A DNA stretch of 64,000 nt from Candidatus Latescibacterota bacterium (GCA_022706085.1 JAKJDF010000007.1:10474-74473); one strand, 5' to 3'; shown: positions 48,147-58,683, counted from the stretch's first letter. Translations and numbers: made by a program. Notes: generated from the letters alone by a model not told the origin.

Positions 48147-49838
48147 TCAGTCCTCGGTTTCCGCGGTGAAGCGCACACGCTCAACGGGATAGCCGTCGCG
48201 GTCGGTGACGCGGAAGGCAAAACGCCAGGATTCCTTCCCGCAAATCACCGTTACCGCGAGGCGAGTTTTCCCGCGCGGAACAGTCACCCGAACCAACTCC
48301 TCGAACTGATACCGGTCCCGGAAAAAGCCCCGGTGGGGCACCGCGGGTAGTTCCGGTTTATCCAGTACCACTGCGTCACCCACGCGCACTATTACTCCGT
48401 CGTTGTGGCCCACGTTGAGAACCACTTCCCGCTCGCGGTCGCTGTGCAGCCACGCGACGATGTGCATGCTCATGTCGTCAGCGGCGAGGAAATCGAATAC
48501 GGAGCGCGTGTTTACGATGCCGCGGGGATCGTGCGAGAACCAGGTGAACCAGCGCACCGCGCCGTCGCGCCCGCAGAAGATGCGGTTTGCTTTGATGGGC
48601 TGGCCGAGGGCTTCGTCTGCGGTTCGCCGTGGGCTGGTGTGCGGGGTGCTCAACGGGCCGAGCACCAACCAGCGACCCGGAGTTCCGAAGGCGTCGCAGA
48701 GTTCTTCGGGGGTGGTTTCTCCCGAGCGGAAGGCGCGAACGGCCTCAAAAAGGCGCAGCATGCGCGGATCCGCCTCGGGCAGTTCATCGTAGCGGGTCTT
48801 GTCACGCAGAATCCCGTGCCAGAGGGGAATCGCGTGTTCGGCACCGTCGAAATCAGGGAAGCGCACACCGGGGATGCGGCGGGTTGCTTCGCTCGGCGTG
48901 AACCATGCCGCATACGACGAGTACGACCACATGTACCGCGGCGAGAGAGACCGCAGGATGCGCATCTGCTGGCGGCGTTCGGCCATTTCATCCGCCCATG
49001 GCCGGACGGGGTAGTCTGGTTCCTCGCTTTCGGCCATGTGAAATGCCCAGACGCCCGGAGCGACGGAACCGCGCCGCTTCCACCAGACGATGGTCGCCTC
49101 GGACACGAAGTTGCCCATGCGGCATTCGTCAAACACAGGAACTGACGCAGCGGTGACCGGATCATGCATGCGGTACGAGTATTCTGACGCAAGATGGCAG
49201 CCGCCGGGGGCGTCGCGTTCGGCCATTTCGTCCATGAAACCCAGAATCATTTGAACTTCGAGGGGACGCGTGCGGATGCCGCCGGGAAGAAGAAAGACGA
49301 CCGCTTCAGGGAACTCGTCGAGCAGGGCAGCCATGCAGGCGCGCCCCTGACGGTACGCGGCGGCCTTCAGATCGCCCGGTGTGTAAGTGTCGTACACGTA
49401 CTGCGGGTGATCGAGTTCGTAGCGGGGATAGGGGTATTCGAGGTCTATGGAAACGCCTCGGAAGCCGCATTCCCGGGCCGCTTTGCCGAGTGCCTGGAAG
49501 TGCCGGCCCATCTTCTCGGTGAACGCATCGGAGAGGAGGGTTTCCGGCGACGGCCACGGGTCGCCCGACCCGAATGCCACGGCGAGCAGGTTTTCGGTGA
49601 TGCCGTTGTGCGTCAGGGCGGCGACGTTCTGCCGGGCAAGTGCAAGCCATTCCGGATTGGTGGCGGGCTCACCCGGGAGGCCGATATTGGCGGCGACGCC
49701 CTGATCCCACGTGCCGCACTGGAAGTAGAAGCCGTCGTAAAGCCCTTGGATCTCAGCGGCGTGGGCGTTCAGATAATCGTTTGGGAGCACTGAATAGCAG
49801 AGCATTTTCGGAGGATCGGGACGCTGACGGTTCTCCAT
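48147..49838 (-). CDS. hypothetical protein, putative glycoside-hydrolase-like (family unassigned)
   Basis: 563 aa from MENRQRPDPP (GGGAG ribosome-binding site); TIM-barrel-like N-terminal region and C-terminal beta-sandwich; no signature recognised. Confidence 0.5.
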   Translation of the reverse strand: MENRQRPDPPKMLCYSVLPNDYLNAHAAEIQGLYDGFYFQCGTWDQGVAANIGLPGEPATNPEWLALARQNVAALTHNGITENLLAVAFGSGDPWPSPETLLSDAFTEKMGRHFQALGKAARECGFRGVSIDLEYPYPRYELDHPQYVYDTYTPGDLKAAAYRQGRACMAALLDEFPEAVVFLLPGGIRTRPLEVQMILGFMDEMAERDAPGGCHLASEYSYRMHDPVTAASVPVFDECRMGNFVSEATIVWWKRRGSVAPGVWAFHMAESEEPDYPVRPWADEMAERRQQMRILRSLSPRYMWSYSSYAAWFTPSEATRRIPGVRFPDFDGAEHAIPLWHGILRDKTRYDELPEADPRMLRLFEAVRAFRSGETTPEELCDAFGTPGRWLVLGPLSTPHTSPRRTADEALGQPIKANRIFCGRDGAVRWFTWFSHDPRGIVNTRSVFDFLAADDMSMHIVAWLHSDREREVVLNVGHNDGVIVRVGDAVVLDKPELPAVPHRGFFRDRYQFEELVRVTVPRGKTRLAVTVICGKESWRFAFRVTDRDGYPVERVRFTAETED

Positions 49839-49997
49839 CTGGCAACTCCCTGTCTGGTGGCAACGCAGTATCGGCTTCAGGAAAGAGCCATGAATGTAGG
49901 GAGCGAGCGAGGAGGTGACAACGGGAGGCGAACGCCATTTGCCCGGATGTAACGGGTTGGTATTCTTAGCGTATCGAACGATCCGGGGGGTCGTCTG

Positions 49998-50765
49998 GTG
50001 GACGCAATGTTCGATCACGGCACGAACGGCACCTCTTTGCCCGGCCTTCACGCGGCGCTTCAACCGCTCCTGAGCGCAAGGGCGGTCACGAAGGTGTATC
50101 CGACGGGCGCTGCGACGGAGGTCCGTGCGCTTAACGGGGTGAACATTGATCTGTACGAAAGGGAGCTTGTTGTCCTTCTGGGGCCGTCGGGAAGCGGCAA
50201 GTCAACCCTCCTCAACATCCTTGGAGGGCTCGATACTCCCACCAGCGGAACCGTCCGATTTCGCGACACGGACCTGACGGAAGCCGACGATCGGATGCTC
50301 ACCCGGTACAGGCGGGAAACCGTAGGGTTCATCTTCCAGTTTTTCAACCTGATCCCCAGTCTCACCGCCCGGGAAAACGTCGAGCTCATCACGGATATCG
50401 CAACCGATCCCATCGCACCCGAGGAGGCTCTGGGCCTTGTCGGTCTCGGGGACAGGATGGACCACTTCCCTTCCGAGCTTTCCGGTGGCGAACAGCAACG
50501 GGTGGCGATTGCACGGGCGATTGCAAAACGTCCTGAGGTACTCCTGTGCGACGAACCAACGGGTGCGCTGGACGTAAAGACCGGGATGTTGGTGCTGGAT
50601 GCGATTGGCCGCGTGAATCGCGAGCTGGGCGCGCTGGTGGTCGTCATCACCCACAATGCCGTCATTGCCGAGATCGCTGATCGCGTGGTCAGTCTTTCTG
50701 ACGGACGAATCGCCGGGGTTCGCACAAACACGATCCGCAGGCCGATCTCCGAGCTTTCGTGGTAG
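49998..50765 (+). CDS. ABC transporter ATP-binding protein (MacB/LolD-type)
   Basis: Walker [10 protein letters not shown], signature LSGGEQQR, Walker B LLCDEPT; listed start is GTG, ATG at 50007 is an alternative. Confidence 0.85.
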   Translation: MDAMFDHGTNGTSLPGLHAALQPLLSARAVTKVYPTGAATEVRALNGVNIDLYERELVVLLGPSGSGKSTLLNILGGLDTPTSGTVRFRDTDLTEADDRMLTRYRRETVGFIFQFFNLIPSLTARENVELITDIATDPIAPEEALGLVGLGDRMDHFPSELSGGEQQRVAIARAIAKRPEVLLCDEPTGALDVKTGMLVLDAIGRVNRELGALVVVITHNAVIAEIADRVVSLSDGRIAGVRTNTIRRPISELSW

Positions 50766-50770
50766 GAGCC

Positions 50771-53134
50771 ATGAGCCCTCTCGACAAGAAGCTGTTTCGG
50801 GACCTCGGGCGCATGAAGGGGCAGATGGCCGCGGTGGTCGTCGTGATGGCGTGCGGCCTGATGGTGATGGTGATGGAGCGCGGGCTGGTGTGCTCCCTTG
50901 AGCATTCCAAAAGCGAGTACTACGCGCGCCACAGGCTTGCCGATGTATTCTGTGAACTCCGGCGAGCGCCAAATTCCCTGCGAACCACGTTGAGCCACAT
51001 CTCAGGCACAGCGGCAGTTGAAACACGTGTTCTCGGGGTTGCGACCCTGGATATCCCGGGCATGGAGGAGCCTGCGCAGGCAACCCTTGTATCCATCCCC
51101 GATGATCGGCCTCCCCGGCTGAATCTGCTCTACCTTCGATCGGGGCGGCTTCCCTTGGCAGGAAGGCGGGGTGAAGCAGTCTTGAGTGACGCGTTTGCAC
51201 AGGAACACGGATTCCGCCCCGGCGACACAATTGACGCGACGATTCTGGGCGCGCGTGTGCGCCTTCAGATCGTGGCGACCGCTCTTTCGCCAGAGTTCGT
51301 GTATGAACTGCCGCCCGGCGGCATCATGCCGGACAACCGCCGCTTCGGGATTCTCTGGATGGGAGAGCGGGAGCTGGCCGCCGCTCTGGGTCTCAAAGGC
51401 GGGTTCAACAGCGTGGTGGTGGACGTTTCCCCGTATGGCGACATCCGCACCGTCAGATCGGAACTCGAGCGCATTCTTGCTCCGTATGGCGCGCGCATTG
51501 CGTACGGGCGTCGTGAACACCCCTCCGTGAACATGGTGGATGAGGAAATAAGAGGGCTGCGCGCGACCGCAGTGGCGTTCCCGCTGGTTTTTCTAAGCAT
51601 TGCAGCATTCATGACCAGCGCCGCCCTCACCAGACTCGTTCGCCTCCAACGCGAACAGATCGGACAACTGAAAGCGCTGGGGTATTCCTCGCGAGAGATC
51701 GGCTGGCACTACACCAAGTTCGCCTTGGTGGCTGTTGTGCTGGGGACCGGCATCGGCGGTGCTCTCGGGCTGTGGGCGGGAAGCAGACTGGTCTTGCTCT
51801 ATCATCCGTTTTTCCGGTTTCCCTCGCTGACATTCCACCCCGAGTGGCCATCACTGTTTTTCGGTCTGGTCGCGAGTACCGCAACTTCTCTCGCAGGAGT
51901 GGCCACGGGAGTGCGTCGTGCAGTGGCCCTTTCGCCCGCAACCGCCATGCGCCCCGAACCGCCCGGCGAGTTCCGGCGCCCGGCGGTAAGGTTTCCGCAA
52001 CTCCAGAACCTTGCCCCTCCTTCGTTCCGGATGGCGGTACGCAACCTGCGCCGCAAGCCATGGCAGGCTGCGTTCACCGGGCTGGGTCTCGCCTTTGCGA
52101 CGGCCATTCCCGTTGTATCAGTAGCGATGGATGACGGGATAAGATACATGATGGATTTCCAATGGCGGCTCGCGCAACGGCAGGACGTGACGGTATCTCT
52201 TGTCGAACCGGGATCGTACCGGGCAATGACAGAACTGGCGGCCCTGCCGGGCGTTCTGTACGCCGAGCCGTTTCGTGCGGTGCCGGCGCGGATTGTGGCG
52301 GGGCATCGTGAGCGCCAACTCGCCATCACAGGATTGACTCGGGCGGCGCGGTTGAGCCGTCTGCTGGACGAAGAAGCCAATCCGATCGGACTTCCCCGCG
52401 GGGGACTGGCGCTTTCTGAGCAACTGGCGAAGACGCTCCGTATCGGACCGGGGGACACGCTGCGCATCGAGGTTCAGGAGGGGAAACGACCGGTTTTCAC
52501 GGTTGTGGTGGCAGCGTTGCTGACGGACTTCGCCGGGGTGGGGGCTTACATGGATATTGAAGCTCTCCGCCGGAGGATGGGAGAGGGCAGCACCATCAGC
52601 GGGGCACATCTGGAAGTGGACGGCAACCGATGGAGCGGGTTTTTCGCGGCGGTGAAACGATCACCGCGTATCGCCGCGGTGGCAACCACGCGCTCCGTCC
52701 GCGAGACCTACGACAGGATGATGGGAGACATGATGGATATCACGAAAGTCATTATGTCCCTGTTTGCGGTTGTGCTCTCGTTCAGTGTGATTTACAACGG
52801 CGCACGGATCGCGCTTTCGGAACGGACGCGGGATCTTGCGGCCTTGCGGGTGCTCGGGTTCACGCGGAATGAAGTGGCCGCGGTTCTCGTTGGCGAACTT
52901 GCGATTCTGACGTTTGTCGCGTTGATACCGGGGCTGTTCCTCGGAAATCAGCTTACCCGCCTGATTCTGGCATCGACGGTGACAGAAACGATGCGTATTC
53001 CCGTTCTCGTAACGAGCCGGGCCTACGCCACGGCCGCGACGGTGGTGCTGGTTTCCTCGTTCGTGTCCTTCGGAGTGGTCAGTCGCCGAATTATCAGGCT
53101 GGATCTACTCGGAGTTCTCAAAGCGAGGGAGTGA
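50771..53134 (+). CDS. ABC transporter permease, FtsX/MacB-like (two 4-TM modules)
   Basis: About 788 aa with duplicated FtsX-type architecture (TM helix, large periplasmic domain, three C-terminal TM helices, repeated twice). Confidence 0.85.
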   Translation: MSPLDKKLFRDLGRMKGQMAAVVVVMACGLMVMVMERGLVCSLEHSKSEYYARHRLADVFCELRRAPNSLRTTLSHISGTAAVETRVLGVATLDIPGMEEPAQATLVSIPDDRPPRLNLLYLRSGRLPLAGRRGEAVLSDAFAQEHGFRPGDTIDATILGARVRLQIVATALSPEFVYELPPGGIMPDNRRFGILWMGERELAAALGLKGGFNSVVVDVSPYGDIRTVRSELERILAPYGARIAYGRREHPSVNMVDEEIRGLRATAVAFPLVFLSIAAFMTSAALTRLVRLQREQIGQLKALGYSSREIGWHYTKFALVAVVLGTGIGGALGLWAGSRLVLLYHPFFRFPSLTFHPEWPSLFFGLVASTATSLAGVATGVRRAVALSPATAMRPEPPGEFRRPAVRFPQLQNLAPPSFRMAVRNLRRKPWQAAFTGLGLAFATAIPVVSVAMDDGIRYMMDFQWRLAQRQDVTVSLVEPGSYRAMTELAALPGVLYAEPFRAVPARIVAGHRERQLAITGLTRAARLSRLLDEEANPIGLPRGGLALSEQLAKTLRIGPGDTLRIEVQEGKRPVFTVVVAALLTDFAGVGAYMDIEALRRRMGEGSTISGAHLEVDGNRWSGFFAAVKRSPRIAAVATTRSVRETYDRMMGDMMDITKVIMSLFAVVLSFSVIYNGARIALSERTRDLAALRVLGFTRNEVAAVLVGELAILTFVALIPGLFLGNQLTRLILASTVTETMRIPVLVTSRAYATAATVVLVSSFVSFGVVSRRIIRLDLLGVLKARE

Positions 53135-54408
53135 TGGACAACGCAGGCAACCCTGAAGCAGGGCGAATGCCTTCGCAGGCAAGGCGGAACGCGAAGGGTA
53201 CGGCCCGACGGCGAAGGTGGGTGATGTACGGGACCGGCGTTGCGGTACTGGCATCGTTGATTGCGGCGTTCTGGCCCAGACCCGTTCCCGTCGAAACTGC
53301 GCTCGTCACCCGGGGCCCCCTCGCCACGCACGTGGTGGAAGAGGGCAGGACCAGAATCAGAAATCGGTATGTGATAGCCGCTCCGGTCAGCGGATACCTG
53401 AACCGCGTGGAACTGTCAACCGGCGGGAAGGTGCACGCGGGAAAGACAACTCTCGCAACCATCCAGGCTCCTCCGTCGGGATTGCTGGATCCGCGGACGA
53501 GAGCCGAGGCGGAAGCCCGTGTCGAAGTAACCGAGGCCGTCAAGCGACAACGGGAGTCGGATCTGGGCAGGGCGAGAGCAACGCTCCAGTTCGCGCAGAG
53601 GGAGTTCGCCCGCATCGACGTGCTGGAGCGGCAAGGCGGAGTGCCACGGCGGGAATGGGAAGATGCGGAGACCCGCGTGCGCGTTCTGGAGAAAGAGGTA
53701 GTATCGGCGGAGCAGGCGTTGCGGGCATCCGAGTTTGAGGTCCGCCAGGCTCGCGCGACTCTTGCACAGGTTTCGAGCACGGAACCAACGGGTGCGACGG
53801 TTCTGCGTATCACGGCTCCGATTGACGGGGTCGTGTTGAATGTGTTTGAGGAGAGCGCGCGGGTAGTGACCGCGGGAACGCCGATTATGGAAATTGGTGA
53901 CACCCGGGACCTCGAGGTGGAGGTTGACCTTCTCTCCAGCGACGCTGCTGCGGTGGCTCCGGGCGCCGAGGTTTCCGTTGAGCACTGGGGGGGCACGGTG
54001 CCGCTCCGCGGTCGCGTGCGCCTCGTCGAACCCGGCGGATTTACCAAGGTGTCGGCGTTAGGGGTGGAGGAGCAGCGAGTCACGGTTCACATCGCGATCA
54101 TGGACTCCGTGCCGCCCGGTAACACTCTCGGGGACCGATTCCGCGTGGAAACCCGCATTGCGACGTGGCGCGGTGAGAACGTCCTTCAGGTGCCGGTCGG
54201 AGCTCTTTTCCGGCGTGGCGACGACTGGATGGTGTTCGCGGTGGACGGTGGAAGAGCGCGCCTGGCGAGGGTGGAAACAGGGCACGGAAACGGAGTTTTC
54301 GCAGAAGTGCTTTCGGGCCTCAAAGAACGCGACAGCGTCATCTTGTATCCACCCGATTCCGTCACGGATGGGATCAGGGTGTCACCGCGGCCGGGCGAGG
54401 TCCGTTGA
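53134..54408 (+). CDS. efflux periplasmic adaptor (HlyD/MacA family membrane fusion protein)
   Basis: Single N-terminal TM helix, coiled-coil hairpin, lipoyl/beta-barrel motifs (ITAPIDGVVLNV, GENVLQVPVGALF). Confidence 0.8.
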   Translation: MDNAGNPEAGRMPSQARRNAKGTARRRRWVMYGTGVAVLASLIAAFWPRPVPVETALVTRGPLATHVVEEGRTRIRNRYVIAAPVSGYLNRVELSTGGKVHAGKTTLATIQAPPSGLLDPRTRAEAEARVEVTEAVKRQRESDLGRARATLQFAQREFARIDVLERQGGVPRREWEDAETRVRVLEKEVVSAEQALRASEFEVRQARATLAQVSSTEPTGATVLRITAPIDGVVLNVFEESARVVTAGTPIMEIGDTRDLEVEVDLLSSDAAAVAPGAEVSVEHWGGTVPLRGRVRLVEPGGFTKVSALGVEEQRVTVHIAIMDSVPPGNTLGDRFRVETRIATWRGENVLQVPVGALFRRGDDWMVFAVDGGRARLARVETGHGNGVFAEVLSGLKERDSVILYPPDSVTDGIRVSPRPGEVR

Positions 54409-54477
54409 GGCTGTTCGACTGGAGTCCGGCGGCGTGCTCCAAGCCCCGAGCCGCTTGCAGCGCCTTGCCCGGAGGAA

Positions 54478-54506
54478 TTGACGGCACACCCGGAAGGAAG
54501 TATAAT
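54478..54506 (+). promoter_or_regulatory. near-consensus sigma70 promoter of tRNA-Asn
   Basis: TTGACG, 17-bp spacer, TATAAT; ends about 30 bp upstream of the tRNA 5' end. Confidence 0.55.
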
Positions 54507-54537
54507 TTAACATTCGACATTTGCTGTCAGTCTGTGA

Positions 54538-54613
54538 TCGGGCGTAGCTCAATCGGCAGAGCGGGTGGCTGTTAACCACTAGGTTACAGGTTCAAGTCCT
54601 GTCGCCCGAGCCA
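54538..54613 (+). tRNA. tRNA-Asn (anticodon GUU)
   Basis: Manual cloverleaf: 7-bp acceptor stem (U1-A72), D-arm GCUC/GAGC, anticodon stem GGUGG/CCACU with loop CUGUUAA (GUU), T-arm ACAGG-UUCAAGU-CCUGU, discriminator G, encoded CCA; 76 nt. Confidence 0.85.
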
Positions 54614-54663
54614 TCATCCACAACCGCGGACCCTGCAGGGCTCAGCGGTTTGAAACTGAGAGC

Positions 54664-54705
54664 AGGGGAAGCGGTCGGAAAACGGCTGCTTCCCCTTTCG
54701 TTTTT
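54664..54705 (+). terminator. Rho-independent terminator downstream of tRNA-Asn
   Basis: AGGGGAAGC ... GCTTCCCCT (9-bp stem) followed by TTCGTTTTT. Confidence 0.5.
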
Positions 54706-54732
54706 CGGGGCGAATATCTGCGGAGAGGCTGT

Positions 54733-54759
54733 CTCACGCGAAGACGCGAAGAACGCGAA
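54733..54759 (+). repeat. CGCGAAGA-repeat element, copy A
   Basis: CTCACGCGAAGACGCGAAGAACGCGAA; three imperfect tandem CGCGAAGA units; member of a five-copy family. Confidence 0.6.
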
Positions 54760-54794
54760 TGGAAGAGCGTGAGGCAAACCGCAGGAGGGATACC

Positions 54795-55001
54795 ATGGCG
54801 GTGTTTGACTGGGCACTTGCACGTGCGCGAACGTTCACCGTGTGGGACTGGGGCGCGCTAAAACTGTGCCTCTTCTCGGCGGGATTGCTTGTGGCAAAGC
54901 TGGTGCCGGGCGTACTGGGGCTTGCCTGGTACTGGTACGCGCTGGTGTTCGCGATCACGTACGTCTGGGTGATGGTGCGGATGTTCGGGAAAAACGCGTG
55001 A
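54795..55001 (+). CDS. hypothetical small membrane protein (68 aa)
   Basis: GGAGGG ribosome-binding site then ATG; two predicted TM helices; flanked on both sides by copies of the CGCGAAGA-repeat element. Confidence 0.35.
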   Translation: MAVFDWALARARTFTVWDWGALKLCLFSAGLLVAKLVPGVLGLAWYWYALVFAITYVWVMVRMFGKNA

Positions 55002-55012
55002 GCAGAGCCCGC

Positions 55013-55041
55013 ATCACACGAAGACGCGAAGAACGCGAAGG
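55013..55041 (+). repeat. CGCGAAGA-repeat element, copy B
   Basis: ATCACACGAAGACGCGAAGAACGCGAAGG. Confidence 0.6.
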
Positions 55042-55125
55042 AACCGGTGCCACGTGCATTGTTCGTTCGCTGATCCGACGCTTACGTCGCAATTCACTTC
55101 TTCCCACCCGGGCGAGGACATTTTG

Positions 55126-56748
55126 TCAAACGGCGTCTTCCCCGCGCACGTGGAGTTCAAGTTTTCTTTCCTCGCTTTCCCGGTAACCAATCCTTATCGA
55201 CTTGCATCGCAGAACGTGGTCTCCCGGCTCAATGCGCAAGGGTTCGGTGTAGAGCAACCAGCGGGGTGCGTTTCCCGTCTCGAACGTGTATGCGATTGAC
55301 GCGCCCTGTGTTGCGCAATGCAACTGGATCAGCGCGGGGGCGTTGAGCGTGCATTGCTCCCACGCCTGCTGCGTTCCCGGAATCTCCCGGCAGATGGGAA
55401 TGAACGTGGGCGGCGCGGTTACCGGTTGGACGCCGTCCGGGTACCACCGCCGCACCATCTCGCTTTCGGAAAGCTCCCCCAAATCACCGACTTCGTGCAG
55501 CCAGTCATCCAGTGCTGCCCTGAGCCGGCCGAGCTCCGCCTCGTGCGTCGCGTCACCGGCAAGGTTATGGATTTCATACGGGTCGGTTTCCGTGTCGTAC
55601 AACTCTTCTGTCGGGCGGGGATACCGAAACATCAGTGATTGGGCTTCGTTCAGTTCGCCGGCGAGATGGAGGCGCCACATCTCCTGCATGATCGGGTGGC
55701 GGTTCAGGTAAGGTATCCAGAGCTGGTACGGAAGCTCCGGACGGCAGTTGCGGATGTATTTGAAGCGGTGATCCCGCACGGCCCGCACCATGTCGTATGA
55801 TTCGTCGTACCTGTCGCGCGTGGCGAACACGTACTCGCGGGGTGGTTTTGCCCCGGGCCCCAGAAACGCCTGCCCCTGCAGGTGGTAAGGTACTTCCAAT
55901 CCCGCGAGCGAGAGCACGGTTGGGCCGAGGTCTACGGTGCTCACGAGGTCGCCACTCACCTTTCCCGGTTCGATGCCGGGTCCCCGGCAGATGAGCGGCA
56001 CGTGGATTCCGGAGTCATACGGCCAGCGTTTGCCGCGCGGCAGTGGCCCGTGGTCGCTCCAGTGGAAGACATACGTGTTTTCCGCCAGCCCGTCTTCTTC
56101 CAGTTGTGCGAGGAGCTGACCGAGTTCCGTATCGCTCTCCTCGATGTGCGTGTACATCCGCGCCATGGCCTCGCGCACCTTCGGCGTATCGGGGAAACAG
56201 GGCGGGAGTTGCATGTCGGCGGGGTCGAACCTGAGTTCGCGGCAGTTTTCGGGCCACATGCCGCTTTCGTGGGTGCGCGTAGGGTTGAACACGGCGAAGA
56301 ACGGCTGGTCGGGGTTGGGCCGGTTGCGCCAGTGGGCCTGCGTACCGCATTCATCCCAGGCGGTGACGGGCGGATCGAACTGGTAGTCGGTTTTGGCGTT
56401 GTTCGTGCAGAAATAGCCCGCGGCGCGCAGATATTCGGTGAAGCATTTCACGTAATGCGGCACTACGGCGGAATAGGGCGTGGGCAACTCAGGCGTTCCC
56501 GGGTTCGTGTGCGACGTGCGCATGTGGTGCGTGCCGATGGAGATCGGATACATGCCGGTGATAACGGCGGAGCGGGCGGGGGCGCAGACGGGCGCGGTGG
56601 AGAAGCAGTGCGTCCACCGGCAGCCCTGCGCGGCCAGCCGGTCGAGGTTCGGCGTGCGGGCTACCGGGTCACCGTAACAGCCGTAGAACGGGTTGGTGTC
56701 CTCGAAGGATATCCAGAGGAAGCTGGGTCTGCGTTTTGCACCGGGCAT
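55126..56748 (-). CDS. sulfatase (Cys-type arylsulfatase family)
   Basis: Formylglycine motif CAPARSAVITGMYP (C-x-P-x-R), sulfatase core, C-terminal extension; start MPGAKRRPSFLWISFED. Confidence 0.85.
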   Translation of the reverse strand: MPGAKRRPSFLWISFEDTNPFYGCYGDPVARTPNLDRLAAQGCRWTHCFSTAPVCAPARSAVITGMYPISIGTHHMRTSHTNPGTPELPTPYSAVVPHYVKCFTEYLRAAGYFCTNNAKTDYQFDPPVTAWDECGTQAHWRNRPNPDQPFFAVFNPTRTHESGMWPENCRELRFDPADMQLPPCFPDTPKVREAMARMYTHIEESDTELGQLLAQLEEDGLAENTYVFHWSDHGPLPRGKRWPYDSGIHVPLICRGPGIEPGKVSGDLVSTVDLGPTVLSLAGLEVPYHLQGQAFLGPGAKPPREYVFATRDRYDESYDMVRAVRDHRFKYIRNCRPELPYQLWIPYLNRHPIMQEMWRLHLAGELNEAQSLMFRYPRPTEELYDTETDPYEIHNLAGDATHEAELGRLRAALDDWLHEVGDLGELSESEMVRRWYPDGVQPVTAPPTFIPICREIPGTQQAWEQCTLNAPALIQLHCATQGASIAYTFETGNAPRWLLYTEPLRIEPGDHVLRCKSIRIGYRESEERKLELHVRGEDAV

Positions 56749-56785
56749 GTCAGTGCCTTTCCTGCTGACGCAACAATACAAGAGG

Positions 56786-56807
56786 CTCACGCGAAGACAC
56801 GAAGCAG
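56786..56807 (+). repeat. CGCGAAGA-repeat element, copy C (shorter)
   Basis: CTCACGCGAAGACACGAAGCAG, 40-60 bp upstream of the sulfatase start on the opposite strand. Confidence 0.5.
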
Positions 56808-56859
56808 TTCGTGGACGTTGTGGACTTGTTGGACAGGATCAGCGGTACTGCGCCTCCGT

Positions 56860-58566
56860 TCAGGAATCCGCCTCACGGCTCACCGGAAGAATGAGCGATG
56901 AAGGGTATTTCGGGCTATGGAAAACCTTCTGCTCGGCGATCACCGTCTCTGCATCGAGAAGGTCATCTCTCCCTGTACCGTGGTTGCGATCATGATTGGG
57001 AAAGTCGCTGCTGCATATATCGAGTCGAATGCGGTGCCCCTTGCGGAAGCAGCACGAGGTAATTCCCATGCGAACGTGAAATCGGGTCACTTCACCGGGA
57101 ATCAGGAGGTCTTCCGAATCGAGTCCGTTGCGGTGCCGTGCGCGGACCATCCCGTAACACACCTCCATCGCTGCTCCACCGGGATCATCGTCCACGAGCC
57201 GGACAAAGAAATCAGTATCAACCGCAGAAGACGACGCGTACAGCACGACTTCCGGGTTTCCCACCACCTCGACGTCCTCTTCGAGTGGCGCGGTGCGGTA
57301 GCGCAGGATATCGTTCCGATAATCGAGGCGGCGGCGGTCGGACACGTTGTAGAAGTACGCCGTGTCCCACGGCGTCGGGACAGGATCAAACGGGTCGTGC
57401 GTGAACGTGTCGGGAGGCTCGTTTGTCCGGGGTTCGGCCAGCAAAGCTCCGGAACCTTCCGGAAGATGGGCGTCTCCCTCGCCTGCGAGGTAAAAGGTCG
57501 TGAGGTGGACGTTCGGCGGCGGCCACGTCTCCGCCGATTTCCACGTTCCCGATCCCATGACAAAGTAACGCACTGCCGGCTCTCGCGCTGTGCCATTGTC
57601 AATGCCCTTCAGCCAGTAGTCGAACCAGCGAATCTGCATCAGCTGGATGTTCACTTCAGCATCCTAGCCAAAATCCAACTCGCCCTGTCTGCGTCGCCCG
57701 AGGCTTACGTGATTCCAGGGCCCGATGATGACTTTTGTCTGATTGCGCGCTTTCTCAGACCGTGCATTCCTCCGCATGCCGATGAAATGCTCGATGCTGC
57801 AGCAGTGATCAAACCAGCCGGTGAAGTCGAGGTTGGGCACGTCAATGTCCCTGTGGGCCTCGTCAAATCTCCAGGGGCGCCGGGCAGGATGACGCAACCA
57901 GTCGGCCACCTGCTCTGCGAGCGGGGAAGGTAGATACCGGGCGACGTGGACCCACGGCAACAGCCCGAGCATTCTGCCCTGTTCGAGTTCATCCCATATC
58001 TTCGCTGCCTCCGCGGGTGTGTGAGGCGGAGGAAGGCCCTTCCGGCGCCGGAGATCCGGAGCGATGGTAGTCACCCACCATTTGGCGCGACGCGCCGGCT
58101 TGAACGCGCCGGGCCAGTCTATATCCGTCAATTCCGTCGGGATTGAGACGGCGCTCATCGCCACCAGATGTGGCGGCCGGAGCCGGGCAAGCTGGTACTG
58201 CATCCAGGCGTTGTACGAAACGCCGAATGTGCCGACCTTCCCGTTGCACCAGGGCTGAAATGCAGCCCATTCCACAGTGTCGTAGCCGTCCTCGGCGTCA
58301 CCCGTGTTCTCCTCAGAGAACACCTTGAATTCGCCCTCAGACGCGTAGCGACCGCGGGTATCCTGGGTGACGACCACGTACCCCGCACGGACAAAGTCCT
58401 CGAACCCGCCCTGAGCCTTGCCGTACGGCGTCCTCTGCACAAGCGCGGGGAAACGGCCTGATGAATCCGGACGGAACACGTTGGCGCGCAACGTGATGCC
58501 GTCCCGCATTGGCACGGGGACGTCACGTTCGACGATGATGCCCAACGCACCGGTCTCTTGCTCCAT
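56860..58566 (-). pseudogene. CocE/NonD-family hydrolase (S15 peptidase / alpha-beta hydrolase) interrupted by one in-frame TAG
   Basis: ORFs 57664..58566 and 56860..57654 are in the same frame, separated only by TAG (plus-strand CTA at 57664-57666); together 568 aa, matching the N-terminal hydrolase domain (VPMRDGITLRANVFRP...) plus C-terminal beta-sandwich. Confidence 0.65.
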
Positions 58567-58683
58567 GGCGTGGTCTCCTCCATATGCTAATTCGGATGCA
58601 GGCGGCGTAAGGTGTTCCCGGCGGCGCTCCTCTGATGGCGTGTTCGTTGCAAGAAGGCCGAACGGGGCCGCGATTGCCCTCGG

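Noticed and set aside
54408-55126. Integrase or transposase near tRNA-Asn
   Set aside because: No ORF with integrase or transposase features is present within the window around the tRNA; only the small repeat-flanked ORF.
57664-57666. Genetic-code reassignment of TAG
   Set aside because: TAG terminates several well-supported genes in the window (dnaK, an ABC permease, the large secreted protein), so the in-frame TAG is more likely a nonsense mutation or sequencing error.
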